From assembly GCA_032718475.1 (NCBI GenBank), contig JAUCBJ010001695.1, forward strand, positions 20,287 to 84,286: DNA of 64,000 nt, given 5' to 3'. The notes below the pieces were generated by a model that saw nothing but the letters and a program-made list of their open reading frames with translations, was not told the origin of the DNA and did not search any database. The position numbers and the translations under genes were made by a program. The stretch's first letter is position 1. Every line of letters starts with the position of its first letter. This stretch comes from Nemertoderma westbladi. Taxonomy: Eukaryota; Animalia; Xenacoelomorpha. Below are positions 15,001-30,000 of this stretch, in pieces.

Positions 15001-18000
15001 GACGCACCAGTTAGGAAAACATCTGCCCCACTAATAGAACATAGCGAACGACGCACCAGTTAGGAAAACATCTGCCCCACTAATAGAACATAGCGAACGA
15101 CGCACCAGTTAGGAAAACATCTGCCCCACTAATAGAACATAGCGAACGACGCACCAGTTAGGAAAACATCTGCCCCACTAATAGAACATAGCGAACGGCG
15201 CACCAGTTAGGAAAACATCTGCCCCACTAATAGAACATAATCGAACGGCGCACCAGTTAGGAAAACATCTGCCCCACTAATAGAACATAGGCGAACGGCG
15301 CACCAGTTAGGTAAACATCTGCCCGACTAATAGAACATAGCGAACGGCGCACCAGTTAGGTAAACATCTGCCCCACTAATAGAACATAATCGAACGGCGC
15401 ACCAGTTAGGAAAACATCTGCCCCACTAATAGAACATAGCGAACGGCGCACCAGTTAGGAAAACATCTGCCCCACTAATAGAACATAGGCGAACGGCGCA
15501 CCAGTTAGGAAAACATCTGCCCCACTAATAGAACATAGCGAACGACGCACCAGTTAGGAAAACATCTGCCCCACTAATAGAACATAATCGAACGGCGCAC
15601 CAGTTAGGAAAACATCTGCCCCACTAATAGAACATAGCGAACGACGCACCAGTTAGGAAAACATCTGCCCCACTAATAGAACATAGGCGAACGGCGCACC
15701 AGTTAGGAAAACATCTGCCCCACTAATAGAACATAATCGAACGGCGCACCAGTTAGGAAAACATCTGCCCCACTAATAGAACATAGCGAACGACGCACCA
15801 GTTAGGAAAACATCTGCCCCACTAATAGAACATAGCAAACGGCGCACCAGTTAGGAAAACATCTGCCCCACTAATAGAACATAGCGAACGGCGCACCAGT
15901 TAGGAAAACATCTGCCCCACTAATAACATAGCGAACGACGCACCAGTTAGGTAATCATCTGCCCCACTAATAGAACATAGCGAACGACGCACCAGTTAGG
16001 AAAACATCTGCCCCACTAATAACATAGCGAACGACGCACCAGTTAGGTAATCATCTGCCCCACTAATAGAACATAGCAAACGGCGCACCAGTTAGGTAAA
16101 CATCTGCCCCACTAATAGAACATAGGCGAACGGCGCACCAGTTAGGTAAACATCTGCCCCACTAATAGAACATAGGCGAACGGCGCACCAGTTAGGTAAA
16201 CATCTGCCCCACTAATAGAACATAATCGAACGGCGCACCAGTTAGGAAAACATCTGCCCCACTAATAGAACATAGCGAACGACGCACCAGTTAGGAAAAC
16301 ATCTGCCCCACTAATAGAACATAATCGAACGGCGCACCAGTTAGGTAAACATCTGCCCCACTAATAGAACATAGCGAACGACGCACCAGTTAGGTAAACA
16401 TCTGCCCCACTAATAGAACATAGCGAACGACGTACCAGTTAGGAAAACATCTGCCCCACTAATAGAACATAGCGAACGACGCACCAGTTAGGTAAACATC
16501 TGCCCCACTAATAGAACATAGGCGAACGGCGCACCAGTTAGGTAAACATCTGCCCCACTAATAGAACATAATCGAACGGCGCACCAGTTAGGAAAACATC
16601 TGCCCCACTAATAGAACATAGCGAACGACGCACCAGTTAGGAAAACATCTGCCCCACTAATAGAACATAGGCGAACGGCGCACCAGTTAGGTAAACATCT
16701 GCCCCACTAATAGAACATAATCGAACGGCGCACCAGTTAGGAAAACATCTGCCCCACTAATAGAACATAGCGAACGGCGCACCAGTTAGGTAAACATCTG
16801 CCCCACTAATAGAACATAGGCGAACGACGCACCAGTTAGGAAAACATCTGCCCCACTAATAGAACATAGGCGAACGACGCACCAGTTAGGAAAACATCTG
16901 CCCCACTAATAGAACATAGGCGAACGGCGCACCAGTTAGGAAAACATCTGCCCCACTAATAGAACATAATCGAACGGCGCACCAGTTAGGAAAACATCTG
17001 CCCCACTAATAGAACATAGCGAACGACGCACCAGTTAGGAAAACATCTGCCCCACTAATAACATAGCGAACGACGCACCAGTTAGGAAAACATCTGCCCC
17101 ACTAATAGAACATAATCGAACGGCGCACCAGTTAGGAAAACATCTGCCCCACTAATAGAACATAGGCGGACGACGCACCAGTTAGGAAAACATCTGCCCC
17201 ACTAATAACATAGCGAACGGCGCACCAGTTAGGAAAACATCTGCCCCACTAATAGAACATAATCGAACGGCGCACCAGTTAGGAAAACATCTGCCCCACT
17301 AATAGAACATAGGCGGACGACGCACCAGTTAGGAAAACATCTGCCCCACTAATAGAACATAGCGAACGACGCACCAGTTAGGAAAACATCTGCCCCACTA
17401 ATAGAACATAGCGAACGACGCACCAGTTAGGAAAACATCTGCCCCACTAATAGAACATAGGCGAACGGCGCACCAGTTAGGAAAACATCTGCCCCACTAA
17501 TAGAACATAATCGAACGGCGCACCAGTTAGGAAAACATCTGCCCCACTAATAGAACATAGCGAACGACGCACCAGTTAGGAAAACATCTGCCCCACTAAT
17601 AGAACATAGCGAACGGCGCACCAGTTAGGAAAACATCTGCCCCACTAATAGAACATAGCGAACGGCGCACCAGTTAGGAAAACATCTGCCCCACTAATAA
17701 CATAGCGAACGACGCACCAGTTAGGTAAACATCTGCCCCACTAATAGAACATAATCGAACGGCGCACCAGTTAGGTAATCATCTGCCCCACTAATAGAAC
17801 ATAGCGAACGACGCACCAGTTAGGAAAACATCTGCCCCATTAATAACATAGCGAACGACGCACCAGTTAGGTAATCATCTGCCCCACTAATAGAACATAG
17901 CAAACGGCGCACCAGTTAGGTAAACATCTGCCCCACTAATAGAACATAGGCGAACGGCGCACCAGTTAGGTAAACATCTGCCCCACTAATAGAACATAGG

Positions 18001-21000
18001 CGAACGGCGCACCAGTTAGGTAAACATCTGCCCCACTAATAGAACATAATCGAACGGCGCACCAGTTAGGAAAACATCTGCCCCACTAATAGAACATAGC
18101 GAACGACGCACCAGTTAGGAAAACATCTGCCCCACTAATAGAACATAATCGAACGGCGCACCAGTTAGGTAAACATCTGCCCCACTAATAGAACATAGCG
18201 AACGACGCACCAGTTAGGTAAACATCTGCCCCACTAATAGAACATAGCGAACGACGCACCAGTTAGGAAAACATCTGCCCCACTAATAGAACATAGCGAA
18301 CGACGCACCAGTTAGGTAAACATCTGCCCCACTAATAGAACATAGGCGAACGGCGCACCAGTTAGGTAAACATCTGCCCCACTAATAGAACATAATCGAA
18401 CGGCGCACCAGTTAGGAAAACATCTGCCCCACTAATAGAACATAGCGAACGACGCACCAGTTAGGAAAACATCTGCCCCACTAATAGAACATAGGCGAAC
18501 GGCGCACCAGTTAGGTAAACATCTGCCCCACTAATAGAACATAATCGAACGGCGCACCAGTTAGGAAAACATCTGCCCCACTAATAGAACATAGCGAACG
18601 GCGCACCAGTTAGGTAAACATCTGCCCCACTAATAGAACATAGGCGAACGACGCACCAGTTAGGAAAACATCTGCCCCACTAATAGAACATAGGCGAACG
18701 ACGCACCAGTTAGGAAAACATCTGCCCCACTAATAGAACATAATCGAACGGCGCACCAGTTAGGTAAACATCTGCCCCACTAATAGAACATAGCGAACGG
18801 CGCACCAGTTAGGAAAACATCTGCCCCACTAATATAACATAATCGAACGGCGCACCAGTTAGGAAAACATCTGCCCCACTAATAGAACATAATCGAACGG
18901 CGCACCAGTTAGGAAAACATCTGCCCCACTAATAGAACATAGCGAACGATGCACCAGTTAGGAAAACATCTGCCCCACTAATAACATAGCGAACGGCGCA
19001 CCAGTTAGGAAAACATCTGCCCCACTAATAGAACATAATCGAACGGCGCACCAGTTAGGAAAACATCTGCCCCACTAATAGAACATAGCGAACGACGCAC
19101 CAGTTAGGAAAACATCTGCCCCACTAATAGAACATAGCGAACGACGCACCAGTTAGGAAAACATCTGCCCCACTAATAGAACATAGGCGAACGACGCACC
19201 AGTTAGGTAAACATCTGCCCCACTAATAGAACATAATCGAACGGCGCACCAGTTAGGAAAACATCTGCCCCACTAATAGAACATAGCGAACGGCGCACCA
19301 GTTAGGAAAACATCTGCCCCACTAATAGAACATAGCGAACGACGCACCAGTTAGGTAAACATCTGCCCCACTAATAGAACATAATCGAACGGCGCACCAG
19401 TTAGGAAAACATCTGCCCCACTAATAGAACATAGCGAACGACGCACCAGTTAGGTAAACATCTGCCCCACTAATAACATAGCGAACGACGCACCAGTTAG
19501 GTAAACATCTGCCCCACTAATAGAACATAGGCGAACGGCGCACCAGTTAGGTAAACATCTGCCCCACTAATAGAACATAATCGAACGGCGCACCAGTTAG
19601 GAAAACATCTGCCCCACTAATAGAACATAATCGAACGGCGCACCAGTTAGGTAAACATCTGCCCCACTAATAGAACATAGCGAACGGCGCACCAGTTAGG
19701 AAAACATCTGCCCCACTAATAGAACATAATCGAACGGCGCACCAGTTAGGAAAACATCTGCCCCACTAATAGAACATAATCGAACGGCGCACCAGTTAGG
19801 AAAACATCTGCCCCACTAATAGAACATAGCGAACGGCGCACCAGTTAGGAAAACATCTGCCCCACTAATAGAACATAATCGAACGGCGCACCAGTTAGGA
19901 AAACATCTGCCCCACTAATAGAACATAGGCGAACGACGCACCAGTTAGGAAAACATCTGCCCCACTAATAGAACATAATCGAACGGCGCACCAGTTAGGA
20001 AAACATCTGCCCCACTAATAGAACATAGCGAACGACGCACCAGTTAGGTAAACATCTGCCCCACTAATAGAACATAATCGAACGGCGCACCAGTTAGGTA
20101 AACATCTGCCCCACGAATAGAACATAGGCGAACGGCGCACCAGTTAGGAAAACATCTGCCCCACTAATAGAACATAATCGAACGGCGCACCAGTTAGGAA
20201 AACATCTGCCCCACTAATAGAACATAGGCGAACGGCGCACCAGTTAGGTAAACATCTGCCCCACTAATAGAACATAGCGAACGACGCACCAGTTAGGAAA
20301 ACATCTGCCCCACTAATAGAACATAATAGAACGGCGCACCAGTTAGGAAAACATCTGCCCCACTAATAGAACATAGCGAACGACGCACCAGTTAGGTAAA
20401 CATCTGCCCCACTAATAGAACATAGGCGAACGACGCACCAGTTAGGAAAACATCTGCCCCACTAATAGAACATAATCGAACGGCGCACCAGTTAGGAAAA
20501 CATCTGCCCCACTAATAGAACATAGGCGAACGGCGCACCAGTTAGGTAAACATCTGCCCCACTAATAGAACATAGGCGAACGGCGCACCAGTTAGGTAAA
20601 CATCTGCCCCACTAATAGAACATAGCGAACGACGCACCAGTTAGGAAAACATCTGCCCCACTAATAGAACATAATCGAACGGCGCACCAGTTAGGAAAAC
20701 ATCTGCCCCACTAATAGAACATAGACGGACGACGCACCAGTTAGGAAAACATCTGCCCCACTAATAGAACATAGACGAACGACGCACCAGTTAGGTAAAC
20801 ATCTGCCCCACTAATAGAACATAGCGAACGACGCACCAGTTAGGAAAACATCTGCCCCACTAATAGAACATAATCGAACGGCGCACCAGTTAGGTAAATA
20901 TCTGCCCCACTAATAGAACATAATCGAACGGCGCACCAGTTAGGTAAACATCTGCCCCACTAATAGAACATAATCGAACGGCGCACCAGTTAGGTAAACA

Positions 21001-24000
21001 TCTGCCCCACTAATAGAACATAATCGAACGGCGCACCAGTTAGGTAAACATCTGCCCCACTAATAGAACATAGCGAACGGCACACCAGTTAGGAAAACAT
21101 CTGCCCCACTAATAGAACATAGGCGAACGGCGCACCAGTTAGGAAAACATCTGCCCCACTAATAGAACATAGACGAACGACGCACCAGTTAGGTAAACAT
21201 CTGCCCCACTAATAGAACATAGCGAACGACGCACCAGTTAGGAAAACATCTGCCCCACTAATAGAACATAATCGAACGGCGCACCAGTTAGGTAAATATC
21301 TGCCCCACTAATAGAACATAATCGAACGGCGCACCAGTTAGGTAAACATCTGCCCCACTAATAGAACATAATCGAACGGCGCACCAGTTAGGTAAACATC
21401 TGCCCCACTAATAGAACATAATCGAACGGCGCACCAGTTAGGTAAACATCTGCCCCACTAATAGAACATAGCGAACGGCACACCAGTTAGGAAAACATCT
21501 GCCCCACTAATAGAACATAGGCGAACGGCGCACCAGTTAGGTAAACATCTGCCCCACTAATAGAACATAATCGAACGGCGCACCAGTTAGGAAAACATCT
21601 GCCCCACTAATAGAACATAGCGAACGACGCACCAGTTAGGTAAACATCTGCCCCACTAATAGAACATAATCGAACGGCGCACCAGTTAGGTAAACATCTG
21701 CCCCACTAATAGAACATAGGCGAACGGCGCACCAGTTAGGTAAACATCTGCCCCACTAATAGAACATAGGCGAACGACGCACCAGTTAGGAAAACATCTG
21801 CCCCACTAATAGAACATAATCGAACGGCGCACCAGTTAGGTAAACATCTGCCCCACTAATAGAACATAGGCGAACGACGCACCAGTTAGGTAAACATCTG
21901 CCCCACTAATAGAACATAATCGAACGGCGCACCAGTTAGGAAAACATCTGCCCCACTAATAGAACATAATCGAACGGCGCACCAGTTAGGTAAACATCTG
22001 CCCCACTAATAGAACATAATCGAACGGCGCACCAGTTAGGAAAACATCTGCCCCACTAATAGAACATAATCGAACGGCGCACCAGTTAGGAAAACATCTG
22101 CCCCACTAATAGAACATAATCGAACGGCGCACCAGTTAGGAAAACATCTGCCCCACTAATAGAACATAGGCGAACGTCGCACCAGTTAGGAAAACATCTG
22201 CCCCACTAATAGAACATAGCGAACGACGCACCAGTTAGGAAAACATCTGCCCCACTAATAGAACATAGGCGAACGGCGCACCAGTTAGGTAAACATCTGC
22301 CCCACTAATAGAACATAATCGAACGGCGCACCAGTTAGGAAAACATCTGCCCCACTAATAGAACATAGGCGAACGGCGCACCAGTTAGGAAAACATCTGC
22401 CCCACTAATAGAACATAGGCGAACGGCGCACCAGTTAGGAAAACATCTGCCCTACTAATAACATAGGCGAACGGCGCACCAGTTAGGAAAACATCTGCCC
22501 CACTAATAGAACATAGCGAACGACGCACCAGTTAGGAAAACATCTGCCCCACTAATAGAACATAGACGGACGGCGCACCAGTTAGGAAAACATCTGCCCC
22601 ACTAATAGAACATAGGCGAACGGCGCACCAGTTAGGTAAACATCTGCCCCACTAATAGAACATAGGCGAACGGCGCAACAGTTAGGTAAACATCTGCCCC
22701 ACTAATAGAACATAGGCGAACGGCGCACCAGTTAGGAAAATATCTGCACCACTAATTGAACATAGGCGAACGACGCACCAGTTAGGTAAACATCTGCCCC
22801 ACTAATAGAACATAGGCGAAAGACGCACCAGTTAGGAAAATATCTGCCCCACTAATAGAACATAGGCGAACGACGCACCAGTTAGGTAAACATCTGCCCC
22901 ACTAATAGAACATAGGCGAACGACGCACCAGTTAGGTAAACATCTGCCCCACTAATAGAACATAGGCGAACGGCGCACCAGTTAGGAAAATATCTGCCCC
23001 ACTAATAGAACATAGGCGAAAGACGCACCAGTTAGGAAAACATCTGCCCCACTAATAGAACATAGCGAACGACGCACCAGTTAGGTAAACATCTGCCCCA
23101 CTAATAGAACATAGGCGAACGACGCACCAGTTAGGTAAACATCTGCCCCACTAATAACATAGGCGAACGACGCACCAGTTAGGTAAACATCTGCCCCACT
23201 AATAGAACATAGGCGAACGACGCACCAGTTAGGTAAACATCTGCCCCACTAATAGAACATAGGCGAACGGCGCACCAGTTAGGAAAATATCTGCCCCACT
23301 AATAGAACATAGGCGAACGGCGCACCAGTTAGGAAAACATCTGCCCCACTAATAGAACATAATCGAACGGCGCACCAGTTAGGAAAACATCTGCCCCACT
23401 AATAGAACATAGGCGAACGGCGCACCAGTTAGGTAAACATCTGCCCCACTAATAGAACATAGGCGAACGACGCACCAGTTAGGTAAACATCTGCCCCACT
23501 AATAGAACATAGGCGAACGGCGCACCAGTTAGGAAAATATCTGCCCCACTAATAGAACATAGGCGAACGGCGCACCAGTTAGGAAAACATCTGCCCCACT
23601 AATAGAACATAATCGAACGGCGCACCAGTTAGGAAAACATCTGCCCCACTAATAGAACATAGGCGAACGGCGCACCAGTTAGGAAAACATCTGCCCCACT
23701 AATAGAACATAGCGAACGGCGCACCAGTTAGGTAAACATCTGCCCCACTAATAACATAGGCGAACGACGCACCAGTTAGGTAAACATCTGCCCCACTAAT
23801 AGAACATTGGCGAACGGCGCACCAGTTAGGTAAACATCTGCCCCACTAATAGAACATAATCGAACGGCGCACCAGTTAGGAAAACATCTGCCCCACTAAT
23901 AGAACATAGGCGAACGTCGCACCAGTTAGGTAAACATCTGCCCCACTAATAGAACATAGGCGAACGACGCACCAGTTAGGTAAACATCTGCCCCACTAAT

Positions 24001-27000
24001 AGAACATAATCGAACGGCGCACCAGTTAGGAAAACATCTGCCCCACTAATAGAACATAATCGAACGGCGCACCAGTTAGGAAAACATCTGCCCCACTAAT
24101 AGAACATAGCGAACGGCGCACCAGTTAGGTAAACATCTGCCCCACTAATAACATGGCGAACGGCGCACCAGTTAGGTAAACATCTGCCCCACTAATAGAA
24201 CATAGGCGAACGGCGCACCAGTTAGGTAAACATCTGCCCCACTAATAGAACATAGGCGGACGGCGCACCAGTTAGGTAAACATCTGCCCCACTAATAGAA
24301 CATAGGCGAACGGCGCACCAGTTAGGAAAACATCTGCCCCACTAATAGAACATAGCGAACGGCGCACCAGTTAGGAAAACATCTGCCCCACTAATATAAC
24401 ATAATCGAACGGCGCACCAGTTAGGAAAACATCTGCCCCACTAATAGAACATAGCGAACGGCGCACCAGTTAGGAAAACATCTGCCCCACTAATAGAACA
24501 TAATCGAACGGCGCACCAGTTAGGAAAACATCTGCCCCACTAATAGAACATAGCGAACGACGCACCAGTTAGGAAAACATCTGCCCCACTAATAGAACAT
24601 AGCGAACGACGCACCAGTTAGGAAAACATCTGCCCCACTAATAGAACATAGGCGAACGATGCACCAGTTAGGAAAACATCTGCCCCACTAATAGAACATA
24701 ATCGAACGGCGCACCAGTTAGGAAAACATCTGCCCCACTAATAGAACATAGCGAACGACGCACCAGTTAGGAAAACATCTGCCCCACTAATAGAACATAG
24801 CGAACGACGCACCAGTTAGGTAAACATCTGCCCCACTAATAGAACATAATCGAACGGCGCACCAGTTAGGAAAACATCTGCCCCACTAATAGAACATAGC
24901 GAACGACGCACCAGTTAGGTAAACATCTGCCCCACTAATAACATAGCGAACGACGCACCAGTTAGGTAAACATCTGCCCCACTAATAGAACATAGGCGAA
25001 CGGCGCACCAGTTAGGTAAACATCTGCCCCACTAATAGAACATAATCGAACGGCGCACCAGTTAGGAAAACATCTGCCCCACTAATAGAACATAATCGAA
25101 CGGCGCACCAGTTAGGTAAACATCTGCCCCACTAATAGAACATAGCGAACGGCGCACCAGTTAGGAAAACATCTGCCCCACTAATAGAACATAATCGAAC
25201 GGCGCACCAGTTAGGAAAACATCTGCCCCACTAATAGAACATAATCGAACGGCGCACCACTTAGGAAAACATCTGCCCCACTAATAGAACATAGCGAACG
25301 GCGCACCAGTTAGGAAAACATCTGCCCCACTAATAGAACATAATCGAACGGCGCACCAGTTAGGAAAACATCTGCCCCACTAATAGAACATAGGCGAACG
25401 ACGCACCAGTTAGGAAAACATCTGCCCCACTAATAGAACATAATCGAACGGCGCACCAGTTAGGAAAACATCTGCCCCACTAATAGAACATAGCGAACGA
25501 CGCACCAGTTAGGTAAACATCTGCCCCACTAATAGAACATAATCGAACGGCGCACCAGTTAGGTAAACATCTGCCCCACGAATAGAACATAGGCGAACGG
25601 CGCACCAGTTAGGAAAACATCTGCCCCACTAATAGAACATAATCGAACGGCGCACCAGTTAGGAAAACATCTGCCCCACTAATAGAACATAGGCGAACGG
25701 CGCACCAGTTAGGTAAACATCTGCCCCACTAATAGAACATAGCGAACGACGCACCAGTTAGGAAAACATCTGCCCCACTAATAGAACATAATAGAACGGC
25801 GCACCAGTTAGGAAAACATCTGCCCCACTAATAGAACATAGCGAACGACGCACCAGTTAGGTAAACATCTGCCCCACTAATAGAACATAGGCGAACGACG
25901 CACCAGTTAGGAAAACATCTGCCCCACTAATAGAACATAATCGAACGGCGCACCAGTTAGGAAAACATCTGCCCCACTAATAGAACATAGCGAACGACGC
26001 ACCAGTTAGGAAAACATCTGCCCCACTAATAGAACATAATCGAACGGCGCACCAGTTAGGAAAACATCTGCCCCACTAATAGAACATAGACGGACGACGC
26101 ACCAGTTAGGAAAACATCTGCCCCACTAATAGAACATAGACGAACGACGCACCAGTTAGGTAAACATCTGCCCCACTAATAGAACATAGCGAACGACGCA
26201 CCAGTTAGGAAAACATCTGCCCCACTAATAGAACATAATCGAACGGCGCACCAGTTAGGTAAACATCTGCCCCACTAATAGAACATAATCGAACGGCGCA
26301 CCAGTTAGGTAAACATCTGCCCCACTAATAGAACATAATCGAACGGCGCACCAGTTAGGTAAACATCTGCCCCACTAATAGAACATAGCGAACGGCACAC
26401 CAGTTAGGAAAACATCTGCCCCACTAATAGAACATAGGCGAACGACGCACCAGTTAGGTAAACATCTGCCCCACTAATAGAACATAATCGAACGGCGCAC
26501 CAGTTAGGAAAACATCTGCCCCACTAATAGAACATAGCGAACGACGCACCAGTTAGGTAAACATCTGCCCCACTAATAGAACATAATCGAACGGCGCACC
26601 AGTTAGGTAAACATCTGCCCCACTAATAGAACATAGGCGAACGGCGCACCAGTTAGGTAAACATCTGCCCCACTAATAGAACATAGGCGAACGACGCACC
26701 AGTTAGGTAAACATCTGCCCCACTAATAGAACATAATCGAACGGCGCACCAGTTAGGAAAACATCTGCCCCACTAATAGAACATAATCGAACGGCGCACC
26801 AGTTAGGTAAACATCTGCCCCACTAATAGAACATAGGCGAACGACGCACCAGTTAGGTAAACATCTGCCCCACTAATAGAACATAATCGAACGGCGCACC
26901 AGTTAGGAAAACATCTGCCCCACTAATAGAACATAGGCGAACGTCGCACCAGTTAGGTAAACATCTGCCCCACTAATAGAACATAGGCGAACGACGCACC

Positions 27001-30000
27001 AGTTAGGTAAACATCTGCCCCACTAATAGAACATAATCGAACGGCGCACCAGTTAGGAAAACATCTGCCCCACTAATAGAACATAATCGAACGGCGCACC
27101 AGTTAGGAAAACATCTGCCCCACTAATAGAACATAGCGAACGACGCACCAGTTAGGAAAACATCTGCCCCACTAATAGAACATAGCGAACGACGCACCAG
27201 TTAGGAAAACATCTGCCCCACTAATAGAACATAGGCGAACGGCGCACCAGTTAGGTAAACATCTGCCCCACTAATAGAACATAATCGAACGGCGCACCAG
27301 TTAGGAAAACATCTGCCCCACTAATAGAACATAGGCGAACGGCGCACCAGTTAGGAAAACATCTGCCCCACTAATAGAACATAGGCGAACGGCGCACCAG
27401 TTAGGAAAACATCTGCCCTACTAATAACATAGGCGAACGGCGCACCAGTTAGGAAAACATCTGCCCCACTAATAGAACATAGCGAACGACGCACCAGTTA
27501 GGAAAACATCTGCCCCACTAATAGAACATAGACGGACGGCGCACCAGTTAGGAAAACATCTGCCCCACTAATAGAACATAGGCGAACGGCGCACCAGTTA
27601 GGTAAACATCTGCCCCACTAATAGAACATAGGCGAACGGCGCAACAGTTAGGTAAACATCTGCCCCACTAATAGAACATAGGCGAACGGCGCACCAGTTA
27701 GGAAAATATCTGCACCACTAATTGAACATAGGCGAACGACGCACCAGTTAGGTAAACATCTGCCCCACTAATAGAACATAGGCGAAAGACGCACCAGTTA
27801 GGAAAATATCTGCCCCACTAATAGAACATAGGCGAACGACGCACCAGTTAGGTAAACATCTGCCCCACTAATAGAACATAGGCGAACGACGCACCAGTTA
27901 GGTAAACATCTGCCCCACTAATAGAACATAGGCGAACGGCGCACCAGTTAGGAAAATATCTGCCCCACTAATAGAACATAGGCGAAAGACGCACCAGTTA
28001 GGAAAACATCTGCCCCACTAATAGAACATAGCGAACGACGCACCAGTTAGGTAAACATCTGCCCCACTAATAGAACATAGGCGAACGACGCACCAGTTAG
28101 GTAAACATCTGCCCCACTAATAACATAGGCGAACGACGCACCAGTTAGGTAAACATCTGCCCCACTAATAGAACATAGGCGAACGACGCACCAGTTAGGT
28201 AAACATCTGCCCCACTAATAGAACATAGGCGAACGGCGCACCAGTTAGGAAAATATCTGCCCCACTAATAGAACATAGGCGAACGGCGCACCAGTTAGGA
28301 AAACATCTGCCCCACTAATAGAACATAATCGAACGGCGCACCAGTTAGGAAAACATCTGCCCCACTAATAGAACATAGGCGAACGGCGCACCAGTTAGGT
28401 AAACATCTGCCCCACTAATAGAACATAGGCGAACGACGCACCAGTTAGGTAAACATCTGCCCCACTAATAGAACATAGGCGAACGGCGCACCAGTTAGGA
28501 AAATATCTGCCCCACTAATAGAACATAGGCGAACGGCGCACCAGTTAGGAAAACATCTGCCCCACTAATAGAACATAATCGAACGGCGCACCAGTTAGGA
28601 AAACATCTGCCCCACTAATAGAACATAGGCGAACGGCGCACCAGTTAGGAAAACATCTGCCCCACTAATAGAACATAGCGAACGGCGCACCAGTTAGGTA
28701 AACATCTGCCCCACTAATAACATAGGCGAACGACGCACCAGTTAGGTAAACATCTGCCCCACTAATAGAACATTGGCGAACGGCGCACCAGTTAGGTAAA
28801 CATCTGCCCCACTAATAGAACATAATCGAACGGCGCACCAGTTAGGAAAACATCTGCCCCACTAATAGAACATAGGCGAACGTCGCACCAGTTAGGTAAA
28901 CATCTGCCCCACTAATAGAACATAGGCGAACGACGCACCAGTTAGGTAAACATCTGCCCCACTAATAGAACATAATCGAACGGCGCACCAGTTAGGAAAA
29001 CATCTGCCCCACTAATAGAACATAATCGAACGGCGCACCAGTTAGGAAAACATCTGCCCCACTAATAGAACATAGCGAACGACGCACCAGTTAGGAAAAC
29101 ATCTGCCCCACTAATAGAACATAGCGAACGACGCACCAGTTAGGAAAACATCTGCCCCACTAATAGAACATAGGCGAACGGCGCACCAGTTAGGTAAACA
29201 TCTGCCCCACTAATAGAACATAATCGAACGGCGCACCAGTTAGGAAAACATCTGCCCCACTAATAGAACATAGGCGAACGGCGCACCAGTTAGGAAAACA
29301 TCTGCCCCACTAATAGAACATAGGCGAACGGCGCACCAGTTAGGAAAACATCTGCCCTACTAATAACATAGGCGAACGGCGCACCAGTTAGGAAAACATC
29401 TGCCCCACTAATAGAACATAGCGAACGACGCACCAGTTAGGAAAACATCTGCCCCACTAATAGAACATAGACGGACGGCGCACCAGTTAGGAAAACATCT
29501 GCCCCACTAATAGAACATAGGCGAACGGCGCACCAGTTAGGTAAACATCTGCCCCACTAATAGAACATAGGCGAACGGCGCACCAGTTAGGTAAACATCC
29601 GCCCCACTAATAGAACATAGGCGAACGGCGCACCAGTTAGGAAAATATCTGCACCACTAATTGAACATAGGCGAACGACGCACCAGTTAGGTAAACATCT
29701 GCCCCACTAATAGAACATAGGCGAAAGACGCACCAGTTAGGAAAATATCTGCCCCACTAATAGAACATAGGCGAACGACGCACCAGTTAGGTAAACATCT
29801 GCCCCACTAATAGAACATAGGCGAACGACGCACCAGTTAGGTAAACATCTGCCCCACTAATAGAACATAGGCGAACGGCGCACCAGTTAGGAAAATATCT
29901 GCCCCACTAATAGAACATAGGCAAAAGACGCACCAGTTAGGAAAACATCTGCCCCACTAATAGAACATAGCGAACGACGCACCAGTTAGGTAAACATCTG